The translations under genes and the position numbers were made by a program. A stretch of DNA of 62,911 bases, counting the filler. It is 4 parts of 4 records of this genome, joined end to end, with 100 filler letters (N's around TTAATTAATTAA, not from the genome) between each part and the next. Parts side by side here need not be neighbours in the genome. Positions count along the whole stretch, not along the records: positions 21,904 to 43,838 come from SRR31156797_28464; 3 more parts are not named here. One strand, written 5' to 3'. This document shows positions 22,076 through 31,807 of the stretch, piece after piece; within the stretch, counting starts at the first letter, position 1, and each line of letters opens with the position of its first letter. The notes under the pieces are model-generated. The model was not told the origin of the DNA. It did not search any database and was given only the letters and a program-made list of their open reading frames with translations.

Positions 22076-23308
22076 TTATTTTACTGGTAATTTCACCCAG
22101 TCCGGAAAGGCCGGCTCCCCTTCAGAATATTTCTCCGGAAACACAATCATACGTTTTCCACCGTCACGCCACTGCGCCCACGAAGGGGTTACGTAGTCCA
22201 CACCGAACTTGAGGTCGTGATCCTTTTCAAAGGCGATGCGGCCGTTTGTTCCTGTGTAGTCGGTTTTCTCAAGTGCGGGTATGACCTTGTCTGTATCAAA
22301 AGTCCCGGCCTTTTCCACAGCCAGCTTGTAGATATACATGGAATCATACGTGCCGAAGGCACCGATGATCGGATCCGTTTTCCAGCGTTCCACATATTTG
22401 TCCCAGAAGGGAATGGTCTTGGAGGTGATCGGGGAACGGAACACCAGGTTAGATATTATCTCCCCAACACAACGGCCGCCGGTCTGCTCATAGAAATCCG
22501 AGGACTGCGAACTCACATTGATTCCGGCGATGGGAATCGGGACTCTCTGATCGTAGTATTGTTTTATGAATGTCTCGGGAACGTGCGATGTGACCTCTAC
22601 AATGAGTTCCGCACCGCTGTTCTTGACCTTTGAGAATATGGGTGAGTAGTCGCTTGTCATCACATCGAAAAATTCCGAATAGACCACCTCCATATTGTTT
22701 TTCTTAAAAAAGCCTTCAAGGAAAGGCACTAGCCCTTCCGTCCATTTCGCCTTTTCAGCCAGAACGGCGACTTTTTTCACCCCTAATTTTTTTCCGAAGA
22801 AATTGACAACAAACTGGCCCGTGTCAAAGGCCAGCCACTTGGCGTTGAGATTTCCAACCCTGAAAGTGTATTTATATTTTTCGTAGTTTTCCTTGATTCT
22901 CTCTGTAATATTTGGGGCCGCGGCCGCAACACCCATATAGATCAGTTTGTAACGTGAAAGATAATCCTGGGAGGCAAGAGTAATACCGCTTGAGTAACCC
23001 CCGATAATAACCTTTACCCGGTCCCTTACCGCGAGTTTTTTAAGGGCGGTAATGCCCTTCTCCGGAGAGAATTCCTCATCGGCAAAGGCAAGCACCACCT
23101 TCCTGCCGAGGATGCCCCCACTCTGATTGATCTCCTCAGCCGCAATTTCCGCTGCCTGCCTCATGGCCTTTCCCGGCTTCTCCTGGAGTGGACCAATAAT
23201 TCCGATTTTCACTGTTTCCGCGTAGGCAGACCCTCCAAGCAAGAGAAAGGATGCCAAGAGGATTGCAAGGACACAAATTACTCGACCAGTGTTTATCTTC
23301 TTTTTCAT
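22076..23308 (-). CDS. LivJ/K-type (HAAT) ABC substrate-binding protein
   Basis: Signal peptide, VKIGIIGPL, EEINQSGGILGRKV and IIGGYSSG. ATG at 23308 follows AGGAGG. Confidence 0.92.
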   Translation of the reverse strand: MKKKINTGRVICVLAILLASFLLLGGSAYAETVKIGIIGPLQEKPGKAMRQAAEIAAEEINQSGGILGRKVVLAFADEEFSPEKGITALKKLAVRDRVKVIIGGYSSGITLASQDYLSRYKLIYMGVAAAAPNITERIKENYEKYKYTFRVGNLNAKWLAFDTGQFVVNFFGKKLGVKKVAVLAEKAKWTEGLVPFLEGFFKKNNMEVVYSEFFDVMTSDYSPIFSKVKNSGAELIVEVTSHVPETFIKQYYDQRVPIPIAGINVSSQSSDFYEQTGGRCVGEIISNLVFRSPITSKTIPFWDKYVERWKTDPIIGAFGTYDSMYIYKLAVEKAGTFDTDKVIPALEKTDYTGTNGRIAFEKDHDLKFGVDYVTPSWAQWRDGGKRMIVFPEKYSEGEPAFPDWVKLPVK

Positions 23309-23344
23309 TTTTCCGCCTCCTTGATGAATCAATGCCTTGAAAAT

Positions 23345-25069
23345 CTATTGCGAAATCCGGGAAACCTCTTTTGTTCCAAATTGAATATCCCCACCCAGGT
23401 TCCTAATAAGGGTGTGCTTGAGCCAATTCCCATCATCCTGTTCCGGAAACTGCCTCTTATAGAGGATGCTCACCGTTGGGGAGCGGCTCTCCTTCCTGAT
23501 GAGCGCCCCTCTCAGGCAGGCCTCGATAATGAAAAACACTGAATGGACCTCTGAAACCCTCAAAAGTTCTCTTGGGTCTCTGGCATAGAGGAGGGGTAGA
23601 TATTTTTCTTTTATCCGCTGTATGCGTGACACTCCCCGCTCGAGTTTGGGGTCCGACGTAAACGGCGGGCCGTATTCCGACACGATCTGTCGGGCCTTGT
23701 CCTCCAACTCGATCCAACTATAGCCGTCCTCCGGGCGTACTCTGGTGGCTCCAATGAGACGCTCTTTTTCCGTTTCCACCTGCTCATGGTTTATCTTCGG
23801 GTCTTTTGCCGTGGAGGCATACTCGGCTGCCCCCCTGCCGGCCCTGGCGCCGAAGACAAGTGCCCCTCCGGCGCTTTGCCGGTACCCGCCACCGATAATG
23901 TCACCCGCAACAAAAAGGCCTCCCAGGCTTGTCCCGGCATTTGCATTCATATGGACACCGGCCTGGTTGTTGTGAAGGTATGCCGGGTGCCACTCGAACT
24001 CTATGGGGGCTTGTGTGTAATCCTCCCCTCGTTCCCTCTGCCAGAGGTGATAGGCATAACTCGTTGATTCGTTTTCCTCGGCAACTAAGAACTCTTCCAT
24101 TTCGCCTTTTCTTTTCGGGAAGCCCGGAATGACAGAGGCATCCTGAAAAAGACCTTCCGTGTCTTTGCCAAAGGTGTAGGTCTGCCCATAACGCGCCAGC
24201 TTGATCGGCTCCCCCTCTCTGGGTGCTATCTCCTCTCCGTCGCCTTTCAGGTCCCGGCCCATCATGATGGGGCCGCATCCCCAGTGGGCAAAGTCTTTCC
24301 ACGAAGGAGAAAACTCCAGAAACTCAAAATTCACGAGGTCCGCACCGGCCCGAAAGGCCATGAACTGACCCTCACCGGAATTGGTAGGGCATCCGCACTC
24401 AATGAACCTGGTGGGTGCGTACAGGGTGTCCTTATGCCGCCCGATACGATACGACCCTCCGCTGGTCGCCACCACGGCTTTGGCCTTGCAAGCAGCAAAA
24501 CGTCCGGTCCGGGTTTCCATGCCCATCGCTCCCACCACGCGGGTACCGGACTTCCCGTCTTCTGTAAGGAGTCCGATGGCCGCAATGCGGTTAATCACTC
24601 GCACCCCTCTTTTGCGAACCTGTTTTGCTAAAGTGGGTTTCACGTCCTGCCACACCTTTTCACCGGGAGGCCATATAACTATGTTTCCAGGGCCGATATC
24701 CCTTGCGGATTTAAAGAGAAAGGATCCATCCCTTTTGCGGACTTTAACGCCAAAGTTCTCCAGGTCAAGGATACGATCAAGGGTATCTCTTGCGAACTCC
24801 AGGGATACGTCCTCGTCACACAACCCTGCCGCGTTCTGCACATTCAAGCGGGCGAACTCCTCAAAGGGATAGTTGTAATCAGGATGGATCAGGGGAAGTC
24901 TGTGAAGCCCCGTGCACCCGTTTCCGCTTCGGTTTATGTGTGCTTTTTCAAACACCGTTACGGAAGCACCTTGGTCTGCGGCCTTGATGGCGGCCATGCA
25001 TCCTGCGAGTCCGCCTCCCAACACCAGAACATCGGTCTCAAGATATTCCACTTCATTTTGAAAACTCAT
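23345..25069 (-). CDS. AprA/SdhA-superfamily FAD oxidoreductase (AsfA-like)
   Basis: DVLVLGGGLAGCMAA, EKAHINRSG, AVVATSGG, GLFVAGD and C-terminal RKESR..FPEQDDGNWLKH. Confidence 0.85.
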   Translation of the reverse strand: MSFQNEVEYLETDVLVLGGGLAGCMAAIKAADQGASVTVFEKAHINRSGNGCTGLHRLPLIHPDYNYPFEEFARLNVQNAAGLCDEDVSLEFARDTLDRILDLENFGVKVRKRDGSFLFKSARDIGPGNIVIWPPGEKVWQDVKPTLAKQVRKRGVRVINRIAAIGLLTEDGKSGTRVVGAMGMETRTGRFAACKAKAVVATSGGSYRIGRHKDTLYAPTRFIECGCPTNSGEGQFMAFRAGADLVNFEFLEFSPSWKDFAHWGCGPIMMGRDLKGDGEEIAPREGEPIKLARYGQTYTFGKDTEGLFQDASVIPGFPKRKGEMEEFLVAEENESTSYAYHLWQRERGEDYTQAPIEFEWHPAYLHNNQAGVHMNANAGTSLGGLFVAGDIIGGGYRQSAGGALVFGARAGRGAAEYASTAKDPKINHEQVETEKERLIGATRVRPEDGYSWIELEDKARQIVSEYGPPFTSDPKLERGVSRIQRIKEKYLPLLYARDPRELLRVSEVHSVFFIIEACLRGALIRKESRSPTVSILYKRQFPEQDDGNWLKHTLIRNLGGDIQFGTKEVSRISQ

Positions 25070-25093
25070 TGGTTGCTCCTTAATTTGGGGATG

Positions 25094-25315
25094 TCACAGG
25101 CATGCCAGGGGCAACTCCATGGTGAGGGCCCCCTCAACTGGACACTCGTATATACATGTGCCGCAAAACCAACACTCTTCCGGGTAGGCAACGGTGAGAA
25201 GTTTTAATTTCTCGTCAAAGCCAAAAATATCCGGGGGGCACATTTCATAACACGTCTTGCAGCCCACGCATTTTGAATAGTTTATCCTGATGCCTCCCCT
25301 GTATTTAATATCCAT
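25094..25315 (-). CDS. 2x[4Fe-4S] ferredoxin (AprB/AsfB-like)
   Basis: CVGCKTCYEMCP and PEECWFCGTCIYECP; ATG at 25315 follows AAGGAG. Confidence 0.92.
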   Translation of the reverse strand: MDIKYRGGIRINYSKCVGCKTCYEMCPPDIFGFDEKLKLLTVAYPEECWFCGTCIYECPVEGALTMELPLACL

Positions 25316-25436
25316 GAAACACTCCTTCAGGAATTTCAGATTATCCATGCTGTATGAATTTAAAGAGTTATTTAATGATAAAATCTATCAACAATATTAA
25401 TTGTTATAACGAATATTTTAAATGATTTATAGATAA

Positions 25437-26159
25437 CTAACATGTGTTTAACATTTTCTTTGTCATTTTTACATCTTCATATATAAGCTTTTCACAAAGA
25501 TTCTTATCTTTATGTTTCATTGCATCAATTATCGCCTTATGACGTTCATAAGACGCCTTAATAAATTCTGTTGATTGTGTTGGATTCGGGTATAGCATTA
25601 TTAAGATGTTTAAAATTGCCTCTGAAATGAGTTTTATCAATGGATTACCGGAAATTTCAGATATTTTGACATGAAATTCCATATTGTTATATGGGAATTG
25701 TTCATTGTTAACCATATCATCAAGTAGTTTTTCATTAATGGAATAAAGGGTCTCCAAATCGTCAGCCGTCACATTTTGCAATGCCAGTTGAATGCTGGTG
25801 AGTTCAATGCTTCGCCGGGCCTCGTAGAAATGCTGTAGACTCAGGTTGCCCCCATGCAGGAGGTCATATATGGAGTTGGAAAGGGGCATGTAGGTCTTAT
25901 CGGAAACAAACGATCCTCCGTTCGGTCCTGTCTGAATCTCCACAAAACCGGAAAGTTCAAGGGTGCGTAAGGCTTCCCTGACAACCACCCGGCTTACCTT
26001 CAGGGTTTCAGCAAGCTCCCTTTCAGTCGGTAACTTCTCGCCGACCTGGATCCTTTTGGAAAAGATCAGCTTCTTGATCTGGTGAGCAATTTGATCGGAC
26101 AGCCTCTCTCGGCTGGGTTGCGTTAACATGCGAAGGGTTTCTGAACTCATGTGTTTCAC
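25437..26159 (-). CDS. FadR/GntR-family regulator
   Basis: GEKLPTERELAETLKVSRVVVREAL..GPNGGSFV and FHVKISEISGN. Confidence 0.93.
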   Translation of the reverse strand: MKHMSSETLRMLTQPSRERLSDQIAHQIKKLIFSKRIQVGEKLPTERELAETLKVSRVVVREALRTLELSGFVEIQTGPNGGSFVSDKTYMPLSNSIYDLLHGGNLSLQHFYEARRSIELTSIQLALQNVTADDLETLYSINEKLLDDMVNNEQFPYNNMEFHVKISEISGNPLIKLISEAILNILIMLYPNPTQSTEFIKASYERHKAIIDAMKHKDKNLCEKLIYEDVKMTKKMLNTC

Positions 26160-26166
26160 ACCTCTT

Positions 26167-26221
26167 TTTGGTTAGTCCAACATACCAATGTTTGGTTAGC
26201 ACTTAAAATCGCCCACGTCAA
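26167..26221 (-). promoter_or_regulatory. Putative FadR-type operator and promoter
   Basis: TTGGTTAGTCCAA (26168-26180) resembles TGGT-N3-ACCA; TTTGGTTAG repeats at 26191-26199; minus-strand TTGACG at 26221-26216. Confidence 0.5.
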
Positions 26222-26601
26222 CAAAAAAAATGAAAACTTGTCCACAAAAGAATATTTGAGACAAACTGAAAGGTTAAAATGTCACCGTCCCCTCTACGGT
26301 TATTTCTTTGGCAAAACACAACAACATCATCGGAATGGTGAAAAAACCGCCTAAGATCTTCTATGCCTATGATGGTCAAGACCTTGATCTATTGGTTTTT
26401 GTTTGCCATAGGCGAAAAAAATCATTGATTTTCTGATTACGGAAGAGAGAAAAGCAGGAAAAAAAGCGGCTCAATCCATTCATTTTTAGCAAGGAAAAAG
26501 AAGATAATTTTCCGTATTGCATATTCTTTTTTTTGAGGGTATGGTTGTAAATCGTTCAAAACTTTGATTTCCCTATATTTTTTTTAAGGAGGCAACATAC
26601 A

Positions 26602-27363
26602 ATGAGTGAACCGATTCGGATTATGCCGTGTCTGGATATGCAGAACGGACGGGTGGTCAAGGGCGTACATTTCGTGGATATTCGAGATGCCGGCGATCCC
26701 GTCCAATGCGCAAGGGCCTATTGCGAAAACGGCGCTGACGAACTGGCGCTTTTGGATATTACGGCCACGGTGGAAGGAAGAGCGACCATGCTGGACGTGG
26801 TTAAAAAGGTGGCGGAGGCCGCCACTGTCCCCTTTACGGTGGGCGGCGGGATTTCCGATGTGAAATCGGCTGAGATGGTGCTGAGCGCAGGGGCCGATAA
26901 GGTGTCCACCAGCAGTGCCGCCTTTCGAAAGCCCGAATTAATTCCGGAGCTTGTGAAAACCCTCGGACCGGAGAAGGTGACGGTGGCCATCGATGTGGAT
27001 CAGAATGAAGCCATGTCTTCCGGTTACGAAGTCTATATTGACGGGGGACGAACCCCCACGGGCGCGGATGCCGTCGAATGGGCCAAACGGGTGGACGGCT
27101 ACGGGGTGCCGGTGATTCTTCCCACCAGCAAGGCGGGGGACGGCGTTCAGACCGGTTATGATCTACCCATCATCAGGGTCATCAAGGAAGCGGTGTCGGC
27201 GGAGGTGGTGGCTTCCGGCGGCGCGGGAAAACTGGAGCATTTCCATGAGGCCGTTGAAGCGGGCGCCACCATTCTGCTGGCGGCTTCGGTATTCCATTTC
27301 GGGCTCATCGGTATCAAAGATTTAAAGGATTACCTGCGGGGCCGGGGCGTCAATATCCTCTAA
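26602..27363 (+). CDS. hisF: Imidazole glycerol phosphate synthase cyclase subunit (HisF or paralog)
   Basis: RIMPCLD..GRVVKGV, GADELALLDITA, PFTVGGGI, VASGGAG and LAASVFHF. Confidence 0.88.
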   Translation: MSEPIRIMPCLDMQNGRVVKGVHFVDIRDAGDPVQCARAYCENGADELALLDITATVEGRATMLDVVKKVAEAATVPFTVGGGISDVKSAEMVLSAGADKVSTSSAAFRKPELIPELVKTLGPEKVTVAIDVDQNEAMSSGYEVYIDGGRTPTGADAVEWAKRVDGYGVPVILPTSKAGDGVQTGYDLPIIRVIKEAVSAEVVASGGAGKLEHFHEAVEAGATILLAASVFHFGLIGIKDLKDYLRGRGVNIL

Positions 27364-27430
27364 ATTTCAAAACCCTCTTTGGGGGAGTGACGGGGGAGCC
27401 GCCTTGTGCCCCCCCGAATAGGGAATATGA

Positions 27431-28195
27431 ATGACCTCCGAAATTTTCGCCTTGAAATACGCGGGACCCCTAAAAAGTTCCGGCGCCTTTGTCATGTGGC
27501 TTAAGGAGTGGAATAGAACGGTTGCGCGAAACTGCTATTTCTGGTTGATCAAAGCCGGATCCCAACACGTGATTGTGGATTCGGGCGTCACGCCCCGGTT
27601 GGCTCTAAAGAGAAATCTCAACGGTTATATACGCCCCGACCAATTGCTTCTGCAGCTGGGTATCAAAGCGGCGGATATCCAACACGTGATCCTGACCCAT
27701 CTGCACTGGGATCACGCCGGGGGGATATCCCTCTTTCCCAACGCAAGGGTCTACGTACAGGCGGAAGAGTATCGCTTCTGGCTGAATGATCCCATATCCC
27801 AAAGACCCCCTTTCAAACTCGTTTCCGATGATTCCTATAAGGATTATCTCAGAGGTCTTGAGGGAACGGAGAGTCTGGCGCTTATCCAGGGGGACCGGGA
27901 AATACTCCCCGGGATCCAATGCCTCAAAGCGCCCGGGCATACGCCGGCCCTTCAGGCCGTTTCCGTGAACACCCGGAAAGGAAGGGCCGTATTGGGTTCA
28001 GATTGCGCCCACTTTTTCCGCAATTACCGGGAAGACTGGCCCAGCTCCCTCATAACGGACCTGCCCGCATGGATGAAAACCTACGATAAACTGAGAAGCA
28101 CGGTCTCTTCCCCGGATCTGCTTTTTCCCGGCCACGATCCCCTCATGACCAGCCGGTATGAAAAGGTGACGGATCATGTGACGAGACTGGCATGA
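27431..28195 (+). CDS. N-acyl homoserine lactonase-like metallo-beta-lactamase-fold hydrolase
   Basis: THLHWDHAG, PGHT, GSD and PGHD motifs. Confidence 0.85.
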   Translation: MTSEIFALKYAGPLKSSGAFVMWLKEWNRTVARNCYFWLIKAGSQHVIVDSGVTPRLALKRNLNGYIRPDQLLLQLGIKAADIQHVILTHLHWDHAGGISLFPNARVYVQAEEYRFWLNDPISQRPPFKLVSDDSYKDYLRGLEGTESLALIQGDREILPGIQCLKAPGHTPALQAVSVNTRKGRAVLGSDCAHFFRNYREDWPSSLITDLPAWMKTYDKLRSTVSSPDLLFPGHDPLMTSRYEKVTDHVTRLA

Positions 28196-28261
28196 TGGAA
28201 ATGTTTTGCGGATATGGACGATAAAAACATTCCTGCCTGAAATATGCCGAAAGAGGACGCG

Positions 28262-29074
28262 TTAGCCCTCTTCCTTGGCAACCTCATGGATATCCAACCG
28301 GGGCGACGCCATTTTGATACCCGCCTCTTCAAACCGGGTCTTGATCTTCTCGTTGAGTCCCCAGCGCCCCACCAGGGCATATTTCTTCTCCACCCAGAAC
28401 CTCGCTTTCATCTCCATATAGCCCGGGGCAAATTTGTCGATCACCACCCGAGGTGCGGGTTTTTCCTGAACAATTTCGGATTCTTTCAGGATTTCCCCCA
28501 CAATTTCCTTTACCTTTGCCACATCCGCTTCATAGGGGATGAAAAAATCGATATCCAGACGGCGTTTGGGCCGGAGACTGGTATTGACCACCTGATCGTT
28601 CAACACCTTGTGGTTGGGGATATAGACCATTTTGCCGTCAAAGGTTCGGATCCGGGTGTGCATAATGGAAATGAGGTCCACCTTCCCCAGGGTGCCGCCG
28701 ATCATAACCACATCCCCCGTTTTGAGCGGCAGCTTGGGGATGTAGGGTTTGGCGATGACAAAAACCGCGATGAAAATCATTACGATCACCATGATCACCC
28801 GGAACAGAAGCGCCGCCGGAAATCCGATGAGGTTCAACACCACCAGGGCGCCCAGCAGCAACACCAGTATGTGCAATCCGGTCAGGGCGTAGGCGGCCCG
28901 CCGCTCCGGAACGCCCGCTTTTATCAACAGGGATGAGGTCAAATTTCCAAGGTATTTAACCAGAACCAGCACGATTATCAACAAAATCATACCTTTGACC
29001 ACCATGGGTCCCAGTTCGCCGCCCACTTGGCTGATCTTGTTCACATATCCCTCGAAGCCCGACACGTCTTCCAT
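28262..29074 (-). CDS. Small-conductance mechanosensitive channel (MscS family)
   Basis: Three TM segments; PLKTGDVV..G.V..I....TRIRTFDGKMVYIPN. Confidence 0.88.
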   Translation of the reverse strand: MEDVSGFEGYVNKISQVGGELGPMVVKGMILLIIVLVLVKYLGNLTSSLLIKAGVPERRAAYALTGLHILVLLLGALVVLNLIGFPAALLFRVIMVIVMIFIAVFVIAKPYIPKLPLKTGDVVMIGGTLGKVDLISIMHTRIRTFDGKMVYIPNHKVLNDQVVNTSLRPKRRLDIDFFIPYEADVAKVKEIVGEILKESEIVQEKPAPRVVIDKFAPGYMEMKARFWVEKKYALVGRWGLNEKIKTRFEEAGIKMASPRLDIHEVAKEEG

Positions 29075-29101
29075 AATAAAGCCTCCTCGTTTGATTATGA
29101 A

Positions 29102-31555
29102 TTATGCAATCTTTTTCCGGTACAGGCGCAGGCTGTTGCTCACCACCGTGATACTGCTCATGGCCATGGCCAATGCTGCCAGGATGGGGTGCAGCTCCCG
29201 CAGAAACCCGGGCAGAGACGCAAATGGATACAAGGCGCCCGCCGCCACGGGAATGAGAATGATATTGTAAATAAAGGCCCAGAAGAGGTTCTGACGTATG
29301 GTGGACATGGTGGCCCGGCTGATGCGGATGGCCCTGGGAACCCCTTTCAGGTTGCCGCTCTGAAGGATCACGTCCCCCGTTTCAATGGCCACATCCGTCC
29401 CCGTCCCGATGGCCAACCCCACGTCGGCCCGGGCCAGGGCCGGGGCGTCGTTGATACCGTCCCCCACCATGCCCACCTTGTCACCCTGGGCCTGTAATCC
29501 TTTGATTTTGCCTTCCTTTTCATGGGGCAGGACATCAGCCACGACCTTATCAATCCCGGCTTTATCTGCAATCACCCGGGCGGCCCGAGCATTGTCGCCC
29601 GTAAGCATAACCACTTTGAGACCTTCCTGATGGAGCTCTTCAACCACCTCCGGAGACTCCGGTTTCAGGGTGTCGGACAGGCCGATGATACCTGCCAATC
29701 TTTTGTTTACAGCCACGGCCATGAGGGTTTCCCCCTGGTCTTCCAGGGACTGGATTTGATATTCCCCATCAGGGGAAATGGCCACGCCCGTTTCTCTAAG
29801 CCATGTGGGTTTCCCCACCTGAACCAGACCCTGCCCATCAACCTGCCCCGTCACGCCATGCCCGCGCAGGGCTTTGAAGGCTTTCGGTTCCACCAATTCA
29901 ATTCTTCTATCCGAGGCTTCTTTTACCATGGCCCGCCCCAGAGGATGCTCCGACCCTTTTTCAACGGACGCGGCTGTTTTCAGGAGGCCATTTTCTTCTC
30001 CCATAAAGCCTTCGGCCACTTGAATATCCACCACCGAGGGTCTACCCACGGTCAATGTACCGGTCTTGTCCAGCACCATGGTCTTAAGGCGCGCCGCCAT
30101 CTCCAGGGCTTCACCGGTTTTAAACAGAACACCCTTTTCAGCGCCCTTTCCGGTTCCCGCCATGATGGCGGTGGGGGTGGCCAGCCCCAGGGCGCAGGGG
30201 CACGCAATGACCAGAACCGCCACCATCCGGATCATGGCGGGAACAAATTCCCCGCCGACCATCCACCACAGGATAAAGGTACAAAGGGCAATGACCATGA
30301 CACCCGGCACAAAAACCGACGCAACACGATCCGCCGTTGCCTGTATGGGGGCTTTGCTCCCCTGGGCTTCCTGGACCAGACGGATAATTTGGGCCAGGGC
30401 CGTATCTTTACCCACCTTTACGGCTTTAAATGTCAGCAAGCCTTCGCCGTTGACCGCACCGCCGATCACCTTGTCTCGGGGTCCCTTATCCACCGGAATG
30501 GGTTCACCGGTGAGCATGGATTCATCCACGCTGGATTCCCCATCCGTCACCACGCCATCCACGGGAATACGTTCCCCGGGCCTCACCAGAACCAGATCCC
30601 CCACTTTTACGGCCGCCAGGGGGATCACCCGTTCTTCTCCATCCACCACAATGGCGGCGGTTTTAGGCCGCAACCCCAAGAGCTTTCGGATGGCACCACC
30701 GGTGCGCCCCTTGGTCCTGGACTCCAGCATTTTTCCCAATTTGATGAGGGTGATGATGACGGCGGAGGTTTCGAAATAGACGTGTTTTCCCAGCAGTGGA
30801 TAAAACAGGAGGGCAAGGGAATAGAAATAGGCCACGGAGGAGCCCATGGCCACCAGGACATCCATGTTGGCGCTGCCATTTTTGAGGCTCTTGAAGCCGC
30901 CCACGTAATAATCCCAACCCGTATAGAACTGCACCGGGGTGGCCAGGGCCAGGAACAGCCAATTGACCCAGACTTCATGACTCCAGGGAGACAGCAGGCC
31001 AAAGTCACGCCCCATGCTGAGGAGAAAAAGGGGTGCTGCAAAGAGGACGCCCACCAGGAATTTCCGCGTCTGCCCCCTGATCTCGGCGTTCCGGGCCAGC
31101 TGTTCCGCGTCTTCAGCCGAATTCTCATCAGGCCGCACCGCACCGAACCCGGCCCCTTGGATGGCCGAAATCATCTCTTCCACCCCGGTCACGGAGGGCA
31201 CATAGGTCACGGTCACCTGTTCAGCGGCGAAATTGACACCGGCGTTCAATACGCCCGGAACCTTTTTCTTCAAGGCCCGCTCAATGTTCATGGCACAGTT
31301 GACGCAACTCATGCCGGTTATGGGAAAGGTCACCGTGGCCTCCGCCACATTGAAGCCCGCACCCTGAATCCCCTTGACCAGGGTGGTCAGGGGAACCTGT
31401 TCCGGGTCAAGGGTTACGGAAGCCTGTTCAGATGCAAAATTAACGTTCACGTCTTCAACCCCCGGTAATTTCCTTACGGCCCGCTCCAGATTGGCAGCGC
31501 AGTTGACACAGGTCATCCCGGTAATGGGAAGGGAGAGACGGGTCTGATGGCCCAT
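29102..31555 (-). CDS. copA: Cu(I)-translocating P1B-type ATPase
   Basis: Two GMxCxxC HMA domains, [31 protein letters not shown] and MxxSS. Confidence 0.96.
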   Translation of the reverse strand: MGHQTRLSLPITGMTCVNCAANLERAVRKLPGVEDVNVNFASEQASVTLDPEQVPLTTLVKGIQGAGFNVAEATVTFPITGMSCVNCAMNIERALKKKVPGVLNAGVNFAAEQVTVTYVPSVTGVEEMISAIQGAGFGAVRPDENSAEDAEQLARNAEIRGQTRKFLVGVLFAAPLFLLSMGRDFGLLSPWSHEVWVNWLFLALATPVQFYTGWDYYVGGFKSLKNGSANMDVLVAMGSSVAYFYSLALLFYPLLGKHVYFETSAVIITLIKLGKMLESRTKGRTGGAIRKLLGLRPKTAAIVVDGEERVIPLAAVKVGDLVLVRPGERIPVDGVVTDGESSVDESMLTGEPIPVDKGPRDKVIGGAVNGEGLLTFKAVKVGKDTALAQIIRLVQEAQGSKAPIQATADRVASVFVPGVMVIALCTFILWWMVGGEFVPAMIRMVAVLVIACPCALGLATPTAIMAGTGKGAEKGVLFKTGEALEMAARLKTMVLDKTGTLTVGRPSVVDIQVAEGFMGEENGLLKTAASVEKGSEHPLGRAMVKEASDRRIELVEPKAFKALRGHGVTGQVDGQGLVQVGKPTWLRETGVAISPDGEYQIQSLEDQGETLMAVAVNKRLAGIIGLSDTLKPESPEVVEELHQEGLKVVMLTGDNARAARVIADKAGIDKVVADVLPHEKEGKIKGLQAQGDKVGMVGDGINDAPALARADVGLAIGTGTDVAIETGDVILQSGNLKGVPRAIRISRATMSTIRQNLFWAFIYNIILIPVAAGALYPFASLPGFLRELHPILAALAMAMSSITVVSNSLRLYRKKIA

Positions 31556-31561
31556 GGGAAT

Positions 31562-31768
31562 CTAGTCCGATGCCGGGTAGTTGATTTCCTTGAGGGTGGC
31601 CCTGAGATGATCTTCCGTGGCCGGCGCCTCCCACTCAACTTTTATCATTTTCATGCCGGGATCTCCCTCAACCGAGGCCACCCCCGCCACTTCATTTAGT
31701 TCTTTTTGAATGGCCTTGACACAATGGCCGCAACTGATGTTCGGGATTGAAAATCGGGTTGTTTCCAT
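31562..31768 (-). CDS. copZ: Copper chaperone (HMA domain)
   Basis: ISCGHC motif, 68 aa, immediately upstream of copA. Confidence 0.9.
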   Translation of the reverse strand: METTRFSIPNISCGHCVKAIQKELNEVAGVASVEGDPGMKMIKVEWEAPATEDHLRATLKEINYPASD

Positions 31769-31807
31769 TTTTCAAATCCTCCCTATTCATTTAATTGAAA
31801 GTAAAAA

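Noticed and set aside
23345-25315. Canonical dissimilatory aprAB
   Set aside because: Ferredoxin lacks the AprB tail, the flavoprotein is divergent, and the context is a transporter and regulator with no sat/qmo.
29522-31468. 648-aa plus-strand ORF
   Set aside because: Antisense shadow of copA.
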